DNA of 64,000 bases from the NCBI GenBank assembly GCA_036785375.1, contig JAWMAR010001695.1, positions 1 through 64,000 on the forward strand, read 5' to 3'. Source of the stretch: Leucoraja ocellata (lineage: Eukaryota). Shown piece by piece: positions 23,656 through 35,984 of this stretch. The notes beneath the pieces are model-generated. The model was not told the origin of the DNA. It ran no database searches and worked only from the letters and a program-made list of their open reading frames with translations. Every line of letters starts with the position of its first letter. Positions within the stretch are counted from its first letter, which is position 1. The position numbers and the translations under genes are program-made.

Positions 23656-24019
23656 TCAGTTTAGTTTATTGTCACGTGTACCGATGTGCAGTGCAAAGCT
23701 TTTGTTGCGTGCTAACCAGTCAGCGGAAAGAAAATACATAATTACAATACATGATTACATTCGAGCCATTTACAATGTCTGAATAAATGATGAGGGAATA
23801 ACGTTTAATACAAGGTAAAGCCAGTAAAGTCCGATCAAAGATAGTCCGAGGGTCACCTGTGAGATAGATAGTATTTCAGATTGGATAGTCAAGAGTGTTT
23901 TTTTGCCATATATGCCAGTCACGGAGCAATGACATTGTGCAGGATAAACAAAGCATTTCACCGTGTCTCGGACAACAGTAAACCTAATCCTAAAACCCCC
24001 AATGCCTCCAGCGCCTTCA

Positions 24020-24660
24020 AGGTCACTGAAAGTAAGCATGCAGGTACAGCAGACAGTGAAGACAGCTAATGGCATGTTGACCATCATAACAAGAGGAGTT
24101 GAGTATAGGAGCAAAGAGGTCCTTCTGCAGCTGTACAGGGTCCAGGTGAGACCACACCTGCATTATTGTGCACAGTTTTGGTCTTGCATAGGTTCACAAG
24201 GTTAATTCCTGGGATGGCGGGACTGTCATATGTTGAAAGAATGGAACGACTGGGCTTGTATACACTGGAATTTAGAAGGATGAGAGGGGATCTTATTAAA
24301 ACATGTAAGATTATTAAGGGATTGGACACGCTACAGGCAGGAAACATGTTCCCAATGTTGGGGAGGTCCAGAACCAGGCGCCACAGTTTAAGAATATGGG
24401 GTAGGCCATTTAGAATGGAGATGAGGAGAAACGTTTTCACCCAGAGAGTTGTAAATCTGTGGAATATTCTGCCTCAGAAGGCAGTGGAGCCCGATTCTCT
24501 GGAAGTTTTCAGATAGAGCTCTTAAAGATAGCAGAGTCAAAGGATATGGGGAAAAGGCAGGAACGGGGTACTGATTGTGGATGATCAGCCATGATCACAG
24601 TGAATGGCGGTGCTGGCTCGAAGGGCCGAATGGCCTACTCCTGCACCTATTGTCCATTGT
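24020..24660 (+). mobile_element. CR1 ORF2 C-terminal fragment with tail
   Basis: SLKVSMQVQQTVKTANGML...LYRVQVRPHLHYCAQFWS; FTRLIPGMAGLSY... Confidence 0.9.
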
Positions 24661-24974
24661 CCCACATTCAAAACAAAAAGGAAGAATGTGGGCAAAGTAC
24701 TTAGTCCTGAAAATCCAAAGCTTCGATGCTCAACGCCTGGAAAGCACAGTCACTGTTAATGAAGCACTTGAATTCAGAATTGGTCAAGAGGCTAGTGTAG
24801 GAGGAGTACAATTTCAGAGCTTGCACTAAACGTTATTCACTTTATTCCCTTTATCATGTATCTGTTAATTGTGGATGGCTCGATTGTAATCATGTTTTCT
24901 CTTTCCGCTGACTGGATAGCATGCAGCAAAGGCTTTTCATTGTACACGTGACAATAAACTAAACTCAACTCAAG

Positions 24975-25490
24975 TCAAATCAGGATTGGAGAGTTGGAGA
25001 AGATTATGGAGACGAGGATGGTGAAGCGAAGACTAAGACGTTAGTAAGGAGAAGAATTCAAGCCATTGGAAATTTGCAACCATGAGGATGATGGGTGAAC
25101 AGAAATTAACGTCAGATGGGATGCAGACACTAGAATTTGAGTTTGCGCTTGTTCATGAAAGATGCGATGGTGTTTAGCAAGAAACAGAATGGTCCCGTCT
25201 GGATGGGGTTTCACCAAATTCACCAGGAGATGGACGTAAATCCTGGCCATTGAAATTTGGGTGTCATACCAGGAATACAAACTGATTCTTGGGTGATTGC
25301 CAGGGAGAGCAATGAAGTTGGTGGCCACAGAACCACGATTGTTACAAGTACTGCAGACGATACCTTCGTTCCTTGCGATATGTGGTTGGAGAAAGTTTCA
25401 GCTCACCCAATATTGGATACTGAAAAGTGAGCGAGTGGAAACACCATGGGAGGTGGGTGCGAGATCAAGATGGTGTCATTGGTGTTACTG
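24975..25490 (-). mobile_element. Old, highly decayed L2-like LINE fragment
   Basis: Weak resemblance to elasmobranch L2 RT region (tgggtgtcat..., gatcttcgttcc-like motifs). Confidence 0.3.
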
Positions 25491-26137
25491 ATCTGGTGTT
25501 AAAGAAGGAACGGCAGATGCTGGAAAATCGAAGGTAGATAAAAGTGCTGGAGAAACTCAGCGGGTGCAGCAGCATCTATGGAGTGAAGGAAAGAGGCAAC
25601 ATTATAGTGCTGATATAGTGTTACCTTTGCCACCAGAACGTTGCGGATAAGTCAACAAGAAAAAAAAGTTTATATTCCCATCCTTTCCAAGAATTAAGCA
25701 TTTAACCACGGTTTCAATGTAAATAACATGTTCACCTGTTCAGAAGCTGCTTGTAGGTTTTAAAGGACGTCCATCCATATTCATTATCTTTTAGCTTTCT
25801 GTAAGGTTCACAAGTGCAACTTTTCAACTTTGAGCCATTTACAAGTCATTGAAAAGTGCCATTAACTCAGAATTGTCTTTGGTGCAAAGCTAACACTTGA
25901 CTGAAGCATTACGAGTCGATGGCCCATTAACGACACTGAATGTCAGTTGTACACGCTGGTAAATCGTTTAACATGATGACACACTTCACACATTTGAAAA
26001 ATCCTCTGTTGACAGCAACACAACCCACAAGTGGACACCTTGTAATTCTAAAATGATGCTGCTGGAAAGAGTGGATGTGAAATGGTCTTGGCTAAGAATA
26101 AGGTCTTGGTTGGTGTGTGTGTGTGTGTTTGTTGCCG

Positions 26138-26340
26138 CAGCTCCTCCAATTTACGGTGGGTCTCACTCTGGCCTTGGAGGAGGCCCAGGACAGAAAGGTC
26201 GGATTTGGAATGGGAGGGGAAGTTGAAGTGCTGAGCCACCGGGAGATCAGGTTGGTTATTGCGAACCGAGTGGAGGTGTTGGGCGAAGCGATCGCCAAGC
26301 CTACGCTTGGTCTCACCGATGTAGAGCAGTCTTTCCCCCA
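26138..26340 (-). mobile_element. Penelope-like GIY-YIG endonuclease fragment
   Basis: LLYIGETKRRLGDRFAQHLHSVRNNQPDLPVAQHFNFPSHSKSDLSVLGLLQGQSETHRKLEE. Confidence 0.9.
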
Positions 26341-26799
26341 CTCTGCTCTTATTTCAGATTGGTAGCATTTTGAGTAATATATGTATAAATTATGTATAAT
26401 TTGTTTTGGGATTTGCCAATGTCCCTGTGATGCTGCTGCAAGCAAGATTTTTCGTTGCACTCATAGCACTCACACATTTAACAATAAATTTGAACTTGAT
26501 CTTCATTAACTTTCATAATCGCAGAACTGATTCTCGCCAGAAGTCATTTGCAACATCCACAAGGATGGACACATACTGTCGCATCAACACAAATGATTAA
26601 AAATGGCAATTTAATTTTGCCTTTTTTTTTACTTCATTTGGCTGAGGCAGATTTTTAATCTAATATTAATTGAGTTTATTAAGTCACCCTTCATAAATAA
26701 GTCTGTAAAGTCTGCTTATAAATGTTTTGCTCTGTTAAAATTAAAGCACAGCAAAAAACAGGTTTCTATTCACGAAGCTACATTGAACCAAAACAATGT

Positions 26800-27095
26800 T
26801 TTAGTTTTATAGTTTAGAGATACAATGTGGAAACAGGCCCTTCAGCCCACCGAGTCTATGCCAGCAAGCGATCCCCACACATTATCACTACCCTACACAC
26901 ACTAGGGACAATTTGTACATTTATACCAAGCCAATTAACCTACAAACCTGTACGTCTTTGGAGTGTGGGAGGGAACCAAAGATCTCGGAGAAAACCCACG
27001 TGGTCACGGGGAGAATGTACAAATTCCATACAGACAGCACCCGTCGCCTCTGGTGCTGTAACGCAGTAGCTCTTCCGCTGCGCCACCGTGCCGCC
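26800..27095 (-). mobile_element. HE1-like SINE
   Basis: A box, V-core, (TTTAG) tail. Confidence 0.85.
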
Positions 27096-27666
27096 CATTG
27101 TTCATCTTAGTCTGGTTGGATGAATTGGGCTGAAGGTCCTTTTCCGTGCTGTATGACTCCGTTACTAAGAGTGGGGACAAGAGTGGCCTTGCTACAGTTA
27201 TGCTCACTGTAAGGGAATGGCTTTACATTGTTCAAAGACAGTTGCAAATGATCAGTGGCATGCCATATACATATGCTATATACATATGATATATATGCCA
27301 TGTCACAAATCCATGATATTGTGCATACTGCAAATACTGCACTCTTTTTAACTTCTAATTGAAGGGGATGCCAAGTGTGAAATTAATATTAGACTTAACA
27401 GGAATCAAATCAGTTTTTGATTTTAAACATGGTTTTGAAATGGGTCATAATTTTCTTGAACTAAGAAGAGAAAATGCTGGAAATACTGCGCGCATCAGGA
27501 CGCATCTCTGGAAAAAGAACACGTTTTGTTTCCAAGATCCTTAGTTAGAACGGGGAAAGAGAGAAACCTTGATCATTATCAATAGAAGAAAAGAATGGAA
27601 GCGTCAAAGGGAATATTTGCAATTGGGTGAGACCAGATGAGTTAATGTGAGAGTAAGTACTCATGT

Positions 27667-28283
27667 TTGAGTAAGGGTGGGGGAGACAGCCTACCTGGGG
27701 GCAGCGACAGTGGCTGGGCCTCTGGCACAAAGACCGGTCCTGTTGCTCAGAAGGGTAAGGAAAAGAAGAGGAGAGCAATTGTAATAGGGGACTCTATAGT
27801 TAGGGGGTCGGATAGGCGATTCTGTGAACGCAGACAGGAGACCCGGATGGTAGTTTGCCTCCCTGGTGCCAGGGTCAGGGATGTGTCTGAACGTGTCCAA
27901 GAAATCCTGAAATGGGAGGGAGAGGAGCCTGAGGTTGTGGTGCATATAGGTACCAACAACATAGGTAAAAAAAAAGAGAAGAGGTCCTGAAAGAAGAATT
28001 TAGGGAGTTAGGTAGAGAGTTAAGGAGAAGGACTGCAAAGGTAACAATCTCAGGATTACTGCCTGTGCCACGCGACAGTGAGAGTAGGAATGGAGTGAGG
28101 TGGAGGATAAATGAATGGATGAGGGACTGGTGCAGTGGGTGTGGATTCAAGTTTCTGGATCATTGGGACCTCTTTTGAGGAAGGTGCGACCTGTACAGAA
28201 AGGACGGGTTGCACTTGAACTCGAGGGGGACCAATATCCTGGCGGGGAGATTTGCAAAGGCTACTGGGGAGACTTTAAACTAG
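27667..28283 (+). pseudogene. CR1 ORF1, SGNH/GDSL esterase domain
   Basis: VIGDSIVRG, CLPGARV, HIGTNN and DGLH blocks; frameshift in the A-run at 27967-27975 and TGG>TGA stop at ~28177; ends ETLN*. Confidence 0.9.
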
Positions 28284-31228
28284 TATGGTTGGGGGGAGGG
28301 ACTCGAATTGGGAAAGCTAGCAGTCAGTGTGTGAGGCAGGAGGCAGAGAATGGTAGCACTCTGACCCGAAATGTAGGGGAGAGAGAAGAAAAAGACAATA
28401 AACAGAGAATAAGAGAGGGTGGGTTTCTTAAATGTGTATATTTTAATGCTAGGAGCATTGTAAGAAAGGCGGATGAACTTAGAGCCTGGATTGACACCTG
28501 GAAGTATGATGCTGTGGCGATCAGTGAAACATGGTTGCAGGAGGGCTGTGATTGGAAACTAAATATTCCAGGATTTTGTTGCTTCAGGTGTGATAGAATT
28601 GGAAGGGCAAGAGGTGGAGGTGTTGCATTGCTTATCAGGGAAGATATTACAGCAGTGCTTTGGCAGGATAGATTAGAGGGCTCTTATAGGGAGGCTATTT
28701 GGGTGGAACTGAGAAATGGGAAAGGGGTAGCAACACTTATAGGGGTGTATTATAGACCGCCAAATGGGGAGCGAGAATTGGAAGAGCAAATATGTAAGGA
28801 GATTGCAGATATTAGTAGTAAGCACAAGGTAGTGATTGTGGGTGATTTCAATTTTCCACACATAGACTGGGAAACACATTCTGTAAATGGGCTGGATGGG
28901 TTGGAGTTTGTAAAATGTGTGCAGGATAGTTTTTTGCAGCAATACATAGAAGTACCTACTAGAGAAGGGGCGGTGCTGGACCTCCTGTTAGGAAATGAGA
29001 CGGGTCAGGTGGCAGAGGTATGCGTTGGGGAATAGTTCGGGACCAGTGATCACAATACCATTAGTTTCAATATAATTATGGAGAGGGTCAGAACTGGACC
29101 TAGGGTTGAGATTTTTGATTGGAGAAAGGCTAACTTTGAGGAGATGCGAAAGGGTTTAAAAGGAGTAAATTGGGACAGTTTGTTTTATGGGAAAGACGTG
29201 GAAGAGAAATGGAGGACATTTAAAGATGAAATTTTAAGAGTACAGAATCTTTATGTCCCTGTTCGGTTGAAAGGAAATAGTAAAAATTGGAAGAGCCATG
29301 GTTTTCAAGGGAAATTGGACACTTGGTTCGAAAAAAGAGAGAGATCTACAATAATTATAGGCAGCATGGAGTAAATGAGGTGCTTGAGGAGTATAAAGAA
29401 TGTAAAAAGAATCTTAAGAAAGAAATTAGAAAAGCTAAAAGAAGATATGAGGTTGCTTTTGCATGTAAGGTGAAAGTAAATCCAAATGGTTTCTACAGTT
29501 ATATTAATAGCAAAAGGATAACGAGGGATAGAATTGGTCCATTAGAGAGTCAGAGTGGACAGCTATCTGCACAGCCAAAAGAAATGGGGAAGATATTGAA
29601 CAATTTCTTTTCTTCGGTATTCACCAAGGAGAAGGATATTGAATTATGTGAGGTAAGGGAAACAAGTAGAGTAGCTATGGAAACTATGAGATTCAAAGAA
29701 GAGGAAGTACTGACACTTTTGAGAAATATAAAAGTGGATAAGTCTCCAGGTCCAGACAGGATATTCCCTAGGACATTGAGGGAAGTTAGTGTAGAAATAG
29801 CAGGGGCTATGACAGAAATATTTCAAATGTCATTAGAAACGGGAATAGTACCGGAGGATTGCCGTTATGCGCATGTTGTTCCATTGTTTAAAAAGGGGTC
29901 TAAGAGTAAACCTAGCAATTATAGACCTGTTAGTTTGACATCAGTGGTGGGCAAATTAATGGAAAGGATACTTAGAGATAATATATATAAGCATCTGGAT
30001 AAACAGGGTCTGATTAGGAACAGTCAACATGGATTTGTGCCTGGAAGGTCATGTTTGACTAATCTTCTTGAATTTTTTGAAGAGGTTACTCGGGAAATTG
30101 ATGAGGGTAAAGCAGTGGATGTTGTATATATGGACTTCAGTAAGGCCTTTGACAAGGTTCCTCACGGAAGGTTGGTTAAGAAGGTTCAATGGTTGGGTAT
30201 TAATGGTGTAGTAGCAAGATGGATTCAACAGTGGCTGAATGGGAGATGCCAGAGAGTAATGGTGGATGGTTGTTTGTCAGGTTGGAGGCCAGTGACTAGT
30301 GGGGTGCCACAGGGATCTGTGTTGGGTCCATTGTTTGTCATGTACATCAATGATCTGGATGATGGTGTGGTAAATTGGATTAGTAAGTATGCAGATGATA
30401 CTAAGATAGGTGGGGTTGTGGATAATGAAGTGGATTTTCAATGTCTACAGAGAGATTTATGCCAGTTGGAAGAGTGGGCTGAAAGATGGCAGATGGAGTT
30501 TAATGCTGATAAGTGTGAGATGCTACATCTTGGCAGTACAAATCAAAATAGGATGTACATGGTAAATGGTAGGGAATTGAAGAATGCAGGTGAACGGAGG
30601 GATCTTGGAATAACTGTGCACAGTTCCCTGAAAGTGGAATCTCATGTAGATAGGGTGGTAAAGAAAGCTTTTAGTGTGCTGGCCTTTATAAATCAGAGCA
30701 TTGAGTATAGAAGTTGGGATGTAATGTTAAAATTGTACAAGGCATTGGTGAGGCCAATTCTGGAGTATGGTGTACAATTTTGGTCGCCTAATTATAGGAA
30801 GGATGTCAACAAAATAGAGAGAGTACAGAGGAGATTTATTAGAATGTTGCCTGGGTTTCAGCAACTAAGTTACAGAGAAAGGTGGAACAAGTTAGGGCAT
30901 TTCTTTGGAGCACAGAAGGTTAAGGGGGGACTTGATAGAGGTCTTTCAAATGATGAGAGGGATAGACAGAGTTGACGTGGATAAGCTTTTCCCACTGAGA
31001 GTAGGGAAGATTCAAACAAGGGGACATGACTTCAGAATGAAGGGACAGAAGTTTAGGGGTAACATGAGGGGGAACTTCTTTACTGAGAGAGTGGTGGCTG
31101 TGTGGAATGAGCTTCCAGTGAAGGTGGTGGAGGCAGGTTCGTTTTTATCATTTAAAAATAAATTGGATAGTTATATGGACGGGAAAGGAATGGAGGGTTA
31201 TGGTCTGAGCGCAGGTATATGGGACTAG
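28280..31228 (+). pseudogene. CR1 ORF2: AP endonuclease plus reverse transcriptase
   Basis: YFNARS, ISETWL, YYRPP, GDFNFP, SDHN; KSPGPD, NYRPVSLTS, QHGF, DFSKAFD, GVPQGSVLGP, YADD; stop at 29033 and frameshifts at ~29285 and ~30900. Confidence 0.95.
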
Positions 31229-31499
31229 GGGAGAATACGTGTTCGGCACAGATTAGAAGGGTCGAGATGGCCTGTTTCTGTGCTGTAATTGTTATATGGT
31301 TATATGGTTATGATCCTACTTGTTTATGTGTATTAAGATGTAGCATTGACATGTTTAGAAGGCCATGTCTAGAAGGCCAGTGTGATATACAACATATATA
31401 TCATGCATATATATCTATGCAACATATGCAGGGTTTTATTTTTGATTTTCTGATTAAAAAACAAAAATCAAAGTTAGAGACACAAGAGACTGCAGATAA

Positions 31500-31855
31500 T
31501 TTCATGTTCAGAGGAACAGAATTAAGCCAATCAGCCCATCAAATCTACTCTGCCATTCAATCATGAATGATCTATCTTCCCCTCTCAACCCCATTCTCCT
31601 GCCTTCTCACCATAAACTTTGACACTTTTACCAACCAAGAATCTGTCAGTTTCCGCTACAAAAATACCCAATGACATGGCCACCACAGCCATCTGTGGCA
31701 ATTAATCCACCACCTTCTGGCTAAGGAAATTCCTTCTCATCTCTTTTCTAATGGTATGTCTTTTATTCTGAGGCTGTGCCCTCTGGTCCTAGACTTCCCC
31801 CACTAGTGGAAACACCCTATTCACATCCACACTACCCAAGCCTCTATTCAGTAAG
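31500..31855 (-). mobile_element. Older CR1 3' fragment
   Basis: Tail hairpin, and FPLVGKSRTRGHSLRI on minus strand. Confidence 0.7.
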
Positions 31856-32029
31856 TGGTTAAATTAAATCTCTCAGGAGAAAATTTGTTAAAACCCCCTG
31901 ACAATTTTAGTTGTACGCATATCTTCCACCCCATCAAATATCAGGGCAACAGGTTATAAGAGATGACTGAAACATAAGGGGGGGGGGGGGGGGGCTGTAT
32001 TCACCTGAGGTAAGATGACTGAAGGGGAA

Positions 32030-32407
32030 TAGAAACGTAGAAACTAGGTGCAGGAGTAGGCCATTCGGCCCTTCGAGCCTTTCAATATGATCATGGCTGA
32101 TCATCCAACTCAGTATCCCGTACCTGCCTTCTCTCCATACCCCCTGATCCCCTTGGCCACAAGGGCCACATCTAACTCCCTCTTAAATATAGCCAATGAA
32201 CTGGCCTCAACTACCCTCTGTGGCAGAGAGTTCCAGAGATTCACCACTCTCTGTGTGAAAAAAGTTCTTCTCATCTCGGTTTTAAAGGATTTCCCCCTTA
32301 TCCTTAAGCTGTGACCCCTTGTCCTGGACTTCCCTAACATCGGGAACAATCTTCCTGCATCTAGCCTGTCCAGCCCCTTAAGAATTTTGTAAGTTTCTAT
32401 AAGATAA
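32030..32407 (-). mobile_element. Young CR1 3' fragment (near-identical to 3730-4040)
   Basis: LIETYKILKGLDRLDAGRLFPMLGKSRTRGHSLRIRGKSFKTEMRRTFFTQRVVNLW. Confidence 0.9.
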
Positions 32408-32914
32408 GAATAATGATCAACGTGTTCAAACGTAGGTGTTTTGGTTACAATTACAAAGAGTATTGTGGGAAATTTGTGTCTGCGTGTTATTGTGAAAAGA
32501 CTACAGGTTACTTTCAATAGATGGATTAACATGGCTACATGCCTGAGACTTCCTCCCATACAGACCCATTGAGTGCCATTTGCACTGAGAAAGACAGGCG
32601 ATGGGACCACCAACAAAAGAAGGCATTTTCCCTGGGGAAGTAAATGGGTGAAACCAGACATTAGTCTCCAGATAAACAGGAAATGCATTCAGTAAGAGAT
32701 TTTGAGGAATCTTCAGTGAAAAGAAATTGGATTACCAAGTGATTTGCCTCACTCCTCTCTATTTGTGACGTGCCTCTTGTCTCTTTGCAACAACTCCTCT
32801 GATCCTCGCAATTCCTTGCTTTCATTGATTGATTGCTTGATTGAAAGCTACAGCAGGGAAACAGCCCCTTCAGGCCACTGATTCCACGCCACCTATCCAC
32901 CCGAGTTCTGTGGG

Positions 32915-33460
32915 AGACAAAAATGCTGGAGAAACTCAGCCGGTGAGGCAGTATCTATGGAGAGAAGGAACAGGCGACGTTTCGGGTCGAGACCCTTACG
33001 GTACCATTGATCCAGCCACTTTACTGTATGTAGACTCTGGATAGAAGGAATGGGTGACGTTTCGGGTTGAGACCCTTCTCCAGTCTGAAGAAGGGTCTCG
33101 ATCCGGTAAGTCACCCATTCCTTCTACCCTGAGATGCTGCCTGTCCCGCTGAGTCACTCCAGCATTTTGTGTCTACCTTTGGTTTACACCAGCATCTGCA
33201 GTTCCTTCCTCCAGCATACTGTATATATATGTTTAAGAAGGAACTGCAGATGCTGGAAAATCGAAGGTACACAAAAATGCTGGAGAAACTCAGCGGGTGC
33301 AGTAGCATCTATGGAACGAAGGAAATAGGCAACGTTTCGGGCCGAAACCCTTCTTCAGCCTAAAGACGGGTGAAGGGTTTCGGCCTGAAACGTTGCCTAT
33401 TTCCTTCGCTCCATAGATGCTGCTGCACCCGCTGAGTTTCTCCAGCATTTTTGTGTACTG
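32915..33460. mobile_element. Cluster of three PLE-terminus insertions (subfamilies A and B)
   Basis: Arm at 32915-32997, palindrome at ~33040-33210, palindrome at ~33232-33458. Confidence 0.85.
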
Positions 33461-34379
33461 TATGCAGAGCCAGGTGAGAGTACAAAAGCAAATGGTATAT
33501 TTCCATGGTACAGATTACATCTCACTGACTGAAAAACTATTAGTTAAACTTGCAGAATTTGTACAGGGAAGAACGTGCCATGAATATTTATGTGCGATGT
33601 TACATTTCAGAAAGGGACTGTAATTGTTTTCCTTTGTCAGGCAGAAATTTAGTTCATTGCGGCATTTCCATCTGATTGGAGCGCTCTTTGAGTGAAGGTG
33701 GTTCTCTGGTTAATTTACTGTTGGGCTCTGTTTCAACAAAATCTTTTTTTTCTTTTTTGGACAATATTTGTTGTGAGGACGTAAGCCGGCTTTTGGACTG
33801 TGTCCAGGAGGAGAGACAGTCCTGTGAACAAGCGGCAGGCAGTGAGCTGTAGGCAGTCTGTGGGCTGATAATTCTGTAATCACCTGTCTGTTTGCTCCGG
33901 GAATGGAATTCATTGAGGTGATAATGGCTTTACTGTGCAGGCGTGTGCCTCCGAGACTGACGCACCTGCCTGTGTAATTAAATACGTTGAAAGGCAATCC
34001 AGGATCGTGAGTTTGTGTCGGGAGGGAGGAAAGGAGCTGACAGGAAAAATCACACAGGTCGCCCTGTGTTCCCTGAGAGCATAAAGCAGTAACTGTATTG
34101 CGGGCCACGTTTTTTGTTTTTTTTGCCAGCGGCTGAAGGCATTTTTTGACCACGGTGAGTGAATTCCTGCTATTGTTAGCGTAGATTGAGTGTGGCCATG
34201 TGCATCCAGCAACAGTAGCAGTGGCTTTAACCCTTCCTCCACACCATCCGCTGGGAGGAAGAGGGTTTTGTTCTCCCCAACCAAGCGACATGTCTGACAT
34301 GAAAATAACAGGGCATGCTGGAAATACACAGTAGGTCAGGCTGCATCTGGTAAGAAACAAGAGTTTGCAAGCTCATAAT

Positions 34380-34593
34380 GTGCAGGAAGGAACCGCAGGT
34401 GCCAGTTTACACCGATGAGATAGACAACAATTGCTGGAGGAACTAATCGGGACAGGCAGCATCTCTGGAGAAAAAAGGATGAGTGACATTTCGGATCGAG
34501 TCTGAAAAAGGGTCTCGACCCGAAACGTCACCCATTCGTTCTCTCCCGAGATGCTGCTTGTCCCGCTGAGTTACTCCAGCATTTTGTGTCTAT
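34380..34593. mobile_element. Fold-back PLE-terminus insertion
   Basis: Inverted arms; core ctgaaaaagggtctcgacccgaaacgtc at ~34502. Confidence 0.8.
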
Positions 34594-34931
34594 CATAAGA
34601 TCATAAGTTATAGGAGCAGAATTAGGCCATTAACCTAGGGACCTGAACCCAAACCTGACACCATGACAACGGGGTTATGGCAAGAGGAATGGGATTGTGA
34701 ATGATTTCACTGGCAGCCAGATCTTTTGAACCATTGATTCAAGGGCATTTCTTCAAATCTCTCCAGAACGCCTGGGGAATTTAAATCCAAGTCAATAAAT
34801 GAACTTGGAATTTAAGAAAACAAAAATAAAAGCCAGTCTCGATAATGGTAACAAAAGAAGTGTAAGATTGTCACAGAACCCCTTCTGGTTCCTCATTGTG
34901 TGTGCGCCGAGGGAACTACCATTGTGGACCA

Positions 34932-35023
34932 TGGATAGACACAAAACGCTGGAGTAACTCAGCGGGACAGGCAGCATCTCTGGAGAGAAGGAATGGGTGA
35001 CGTTTCGGGTCGAGACCCTTCTT
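34932..35023 (-). mobile_element. Single-arm PLE-terminus insertion within an older SINE
   Basis: 12-bp TSD cattgtggacca at 34920-34931 and 35024-35035. Confidence 0.85.
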
Positions 35024-35984
35024 CATTGTGGACCACCCTGGCCTGTGTGTGATCCCCAGACCCAACAGGAGAGTTGACTCTTGACTGCCCCCTCACTGGA
35101 GGACCAGTAAGAATGGCAGCACAATGAGTGCAGGAATAAATACATAAGATTCAAGCTTGTTTTTGGTTTATGATTGTCATGTGTATCAATGTACGGCAAA
35201 ACGCTTTGTCTTGCATGCTAGCCAATCTGATCAGATAATACTATGCATAAATACAATGTTAGTAAGTAAGTAAGTTTATTGGCCAAGTATTCACATACAA
35301 TGAATTTGCCTTGGTGCTCTGCCCACAAGTAACAACATGACATACAGTGACAGTTACAAATGATTCAGAAAACACTAAACATTAATAATAATAAAACATT
35401 ACTGAGAAAACACCATTGATCAAGCATGTGAACCAACAAAATACCAGGAGGCTACAGATTTTTGGCTCTTGAGTAGAGTCAAACTCTACTAAGTAGAGTC
35501 ACCTCTACTACTAGAGCAAAGGGGGAGATGTAGAGTGCTGAATATAGTTCTCAGCATTGCAGAGCATCAGTTCCACAGACAAACTCCAATATCCACATTG
35601 ATAATTGTGTAATCACATATCCACAAAGGAGGAAGATGACTGAACTTTACTGCCTTCCATCAAAGTGAGGAATGTTGATTCCACTGTGGTGGATGTTTAT
35701 GTTAAACTTTATTTTTTGTGCTGGGTGTATTTTTGCTTTTTACTCAGTCTGGCTGTATGGTAACTCAAATTTCACTGTACCTTAATTGGTGCATATGACA
35801 ATCAAATTGGATCTTGAATCTTGAGGTAGAGGTGAATTGGACAGTACCCTGGCTTATGGAAGGACCATTCAGAAGCCTGATAACAGTGGGGAAGAAGCTG
35901 TTCCTGAGTCTGGTGGTGTGCACTTTCAGGCTTCTGGTGAAGTAAATCAGGAGCTCAAGACAATCCAGAGTCAACAAAGGGATT

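Larger units (their letters stand above)
27650..31311 (+). mobile_element. Near full-length CR1 LINE, 5'-truncated within ORF1, with (GTTATATG)n tail
   Basis: SGNH-esterase ORF1, APE and RT domains, CR1 C-terminal motifs, 3' hairpin and 8-mer tail. Confidence 0.95.

Noticed and set aside
27967-27975. A9 run in ORF1 as a second programmed frameshift
   Set aside because: It interrupts the esterase domain itself; a homopolymer indel or assembly error is more likely.
33710-34360. 216-aa minus-strand ORF as a host gene
   Set aside because: No recognisable domain, starts in a PLE remnant, and crosses homopolymer runs.
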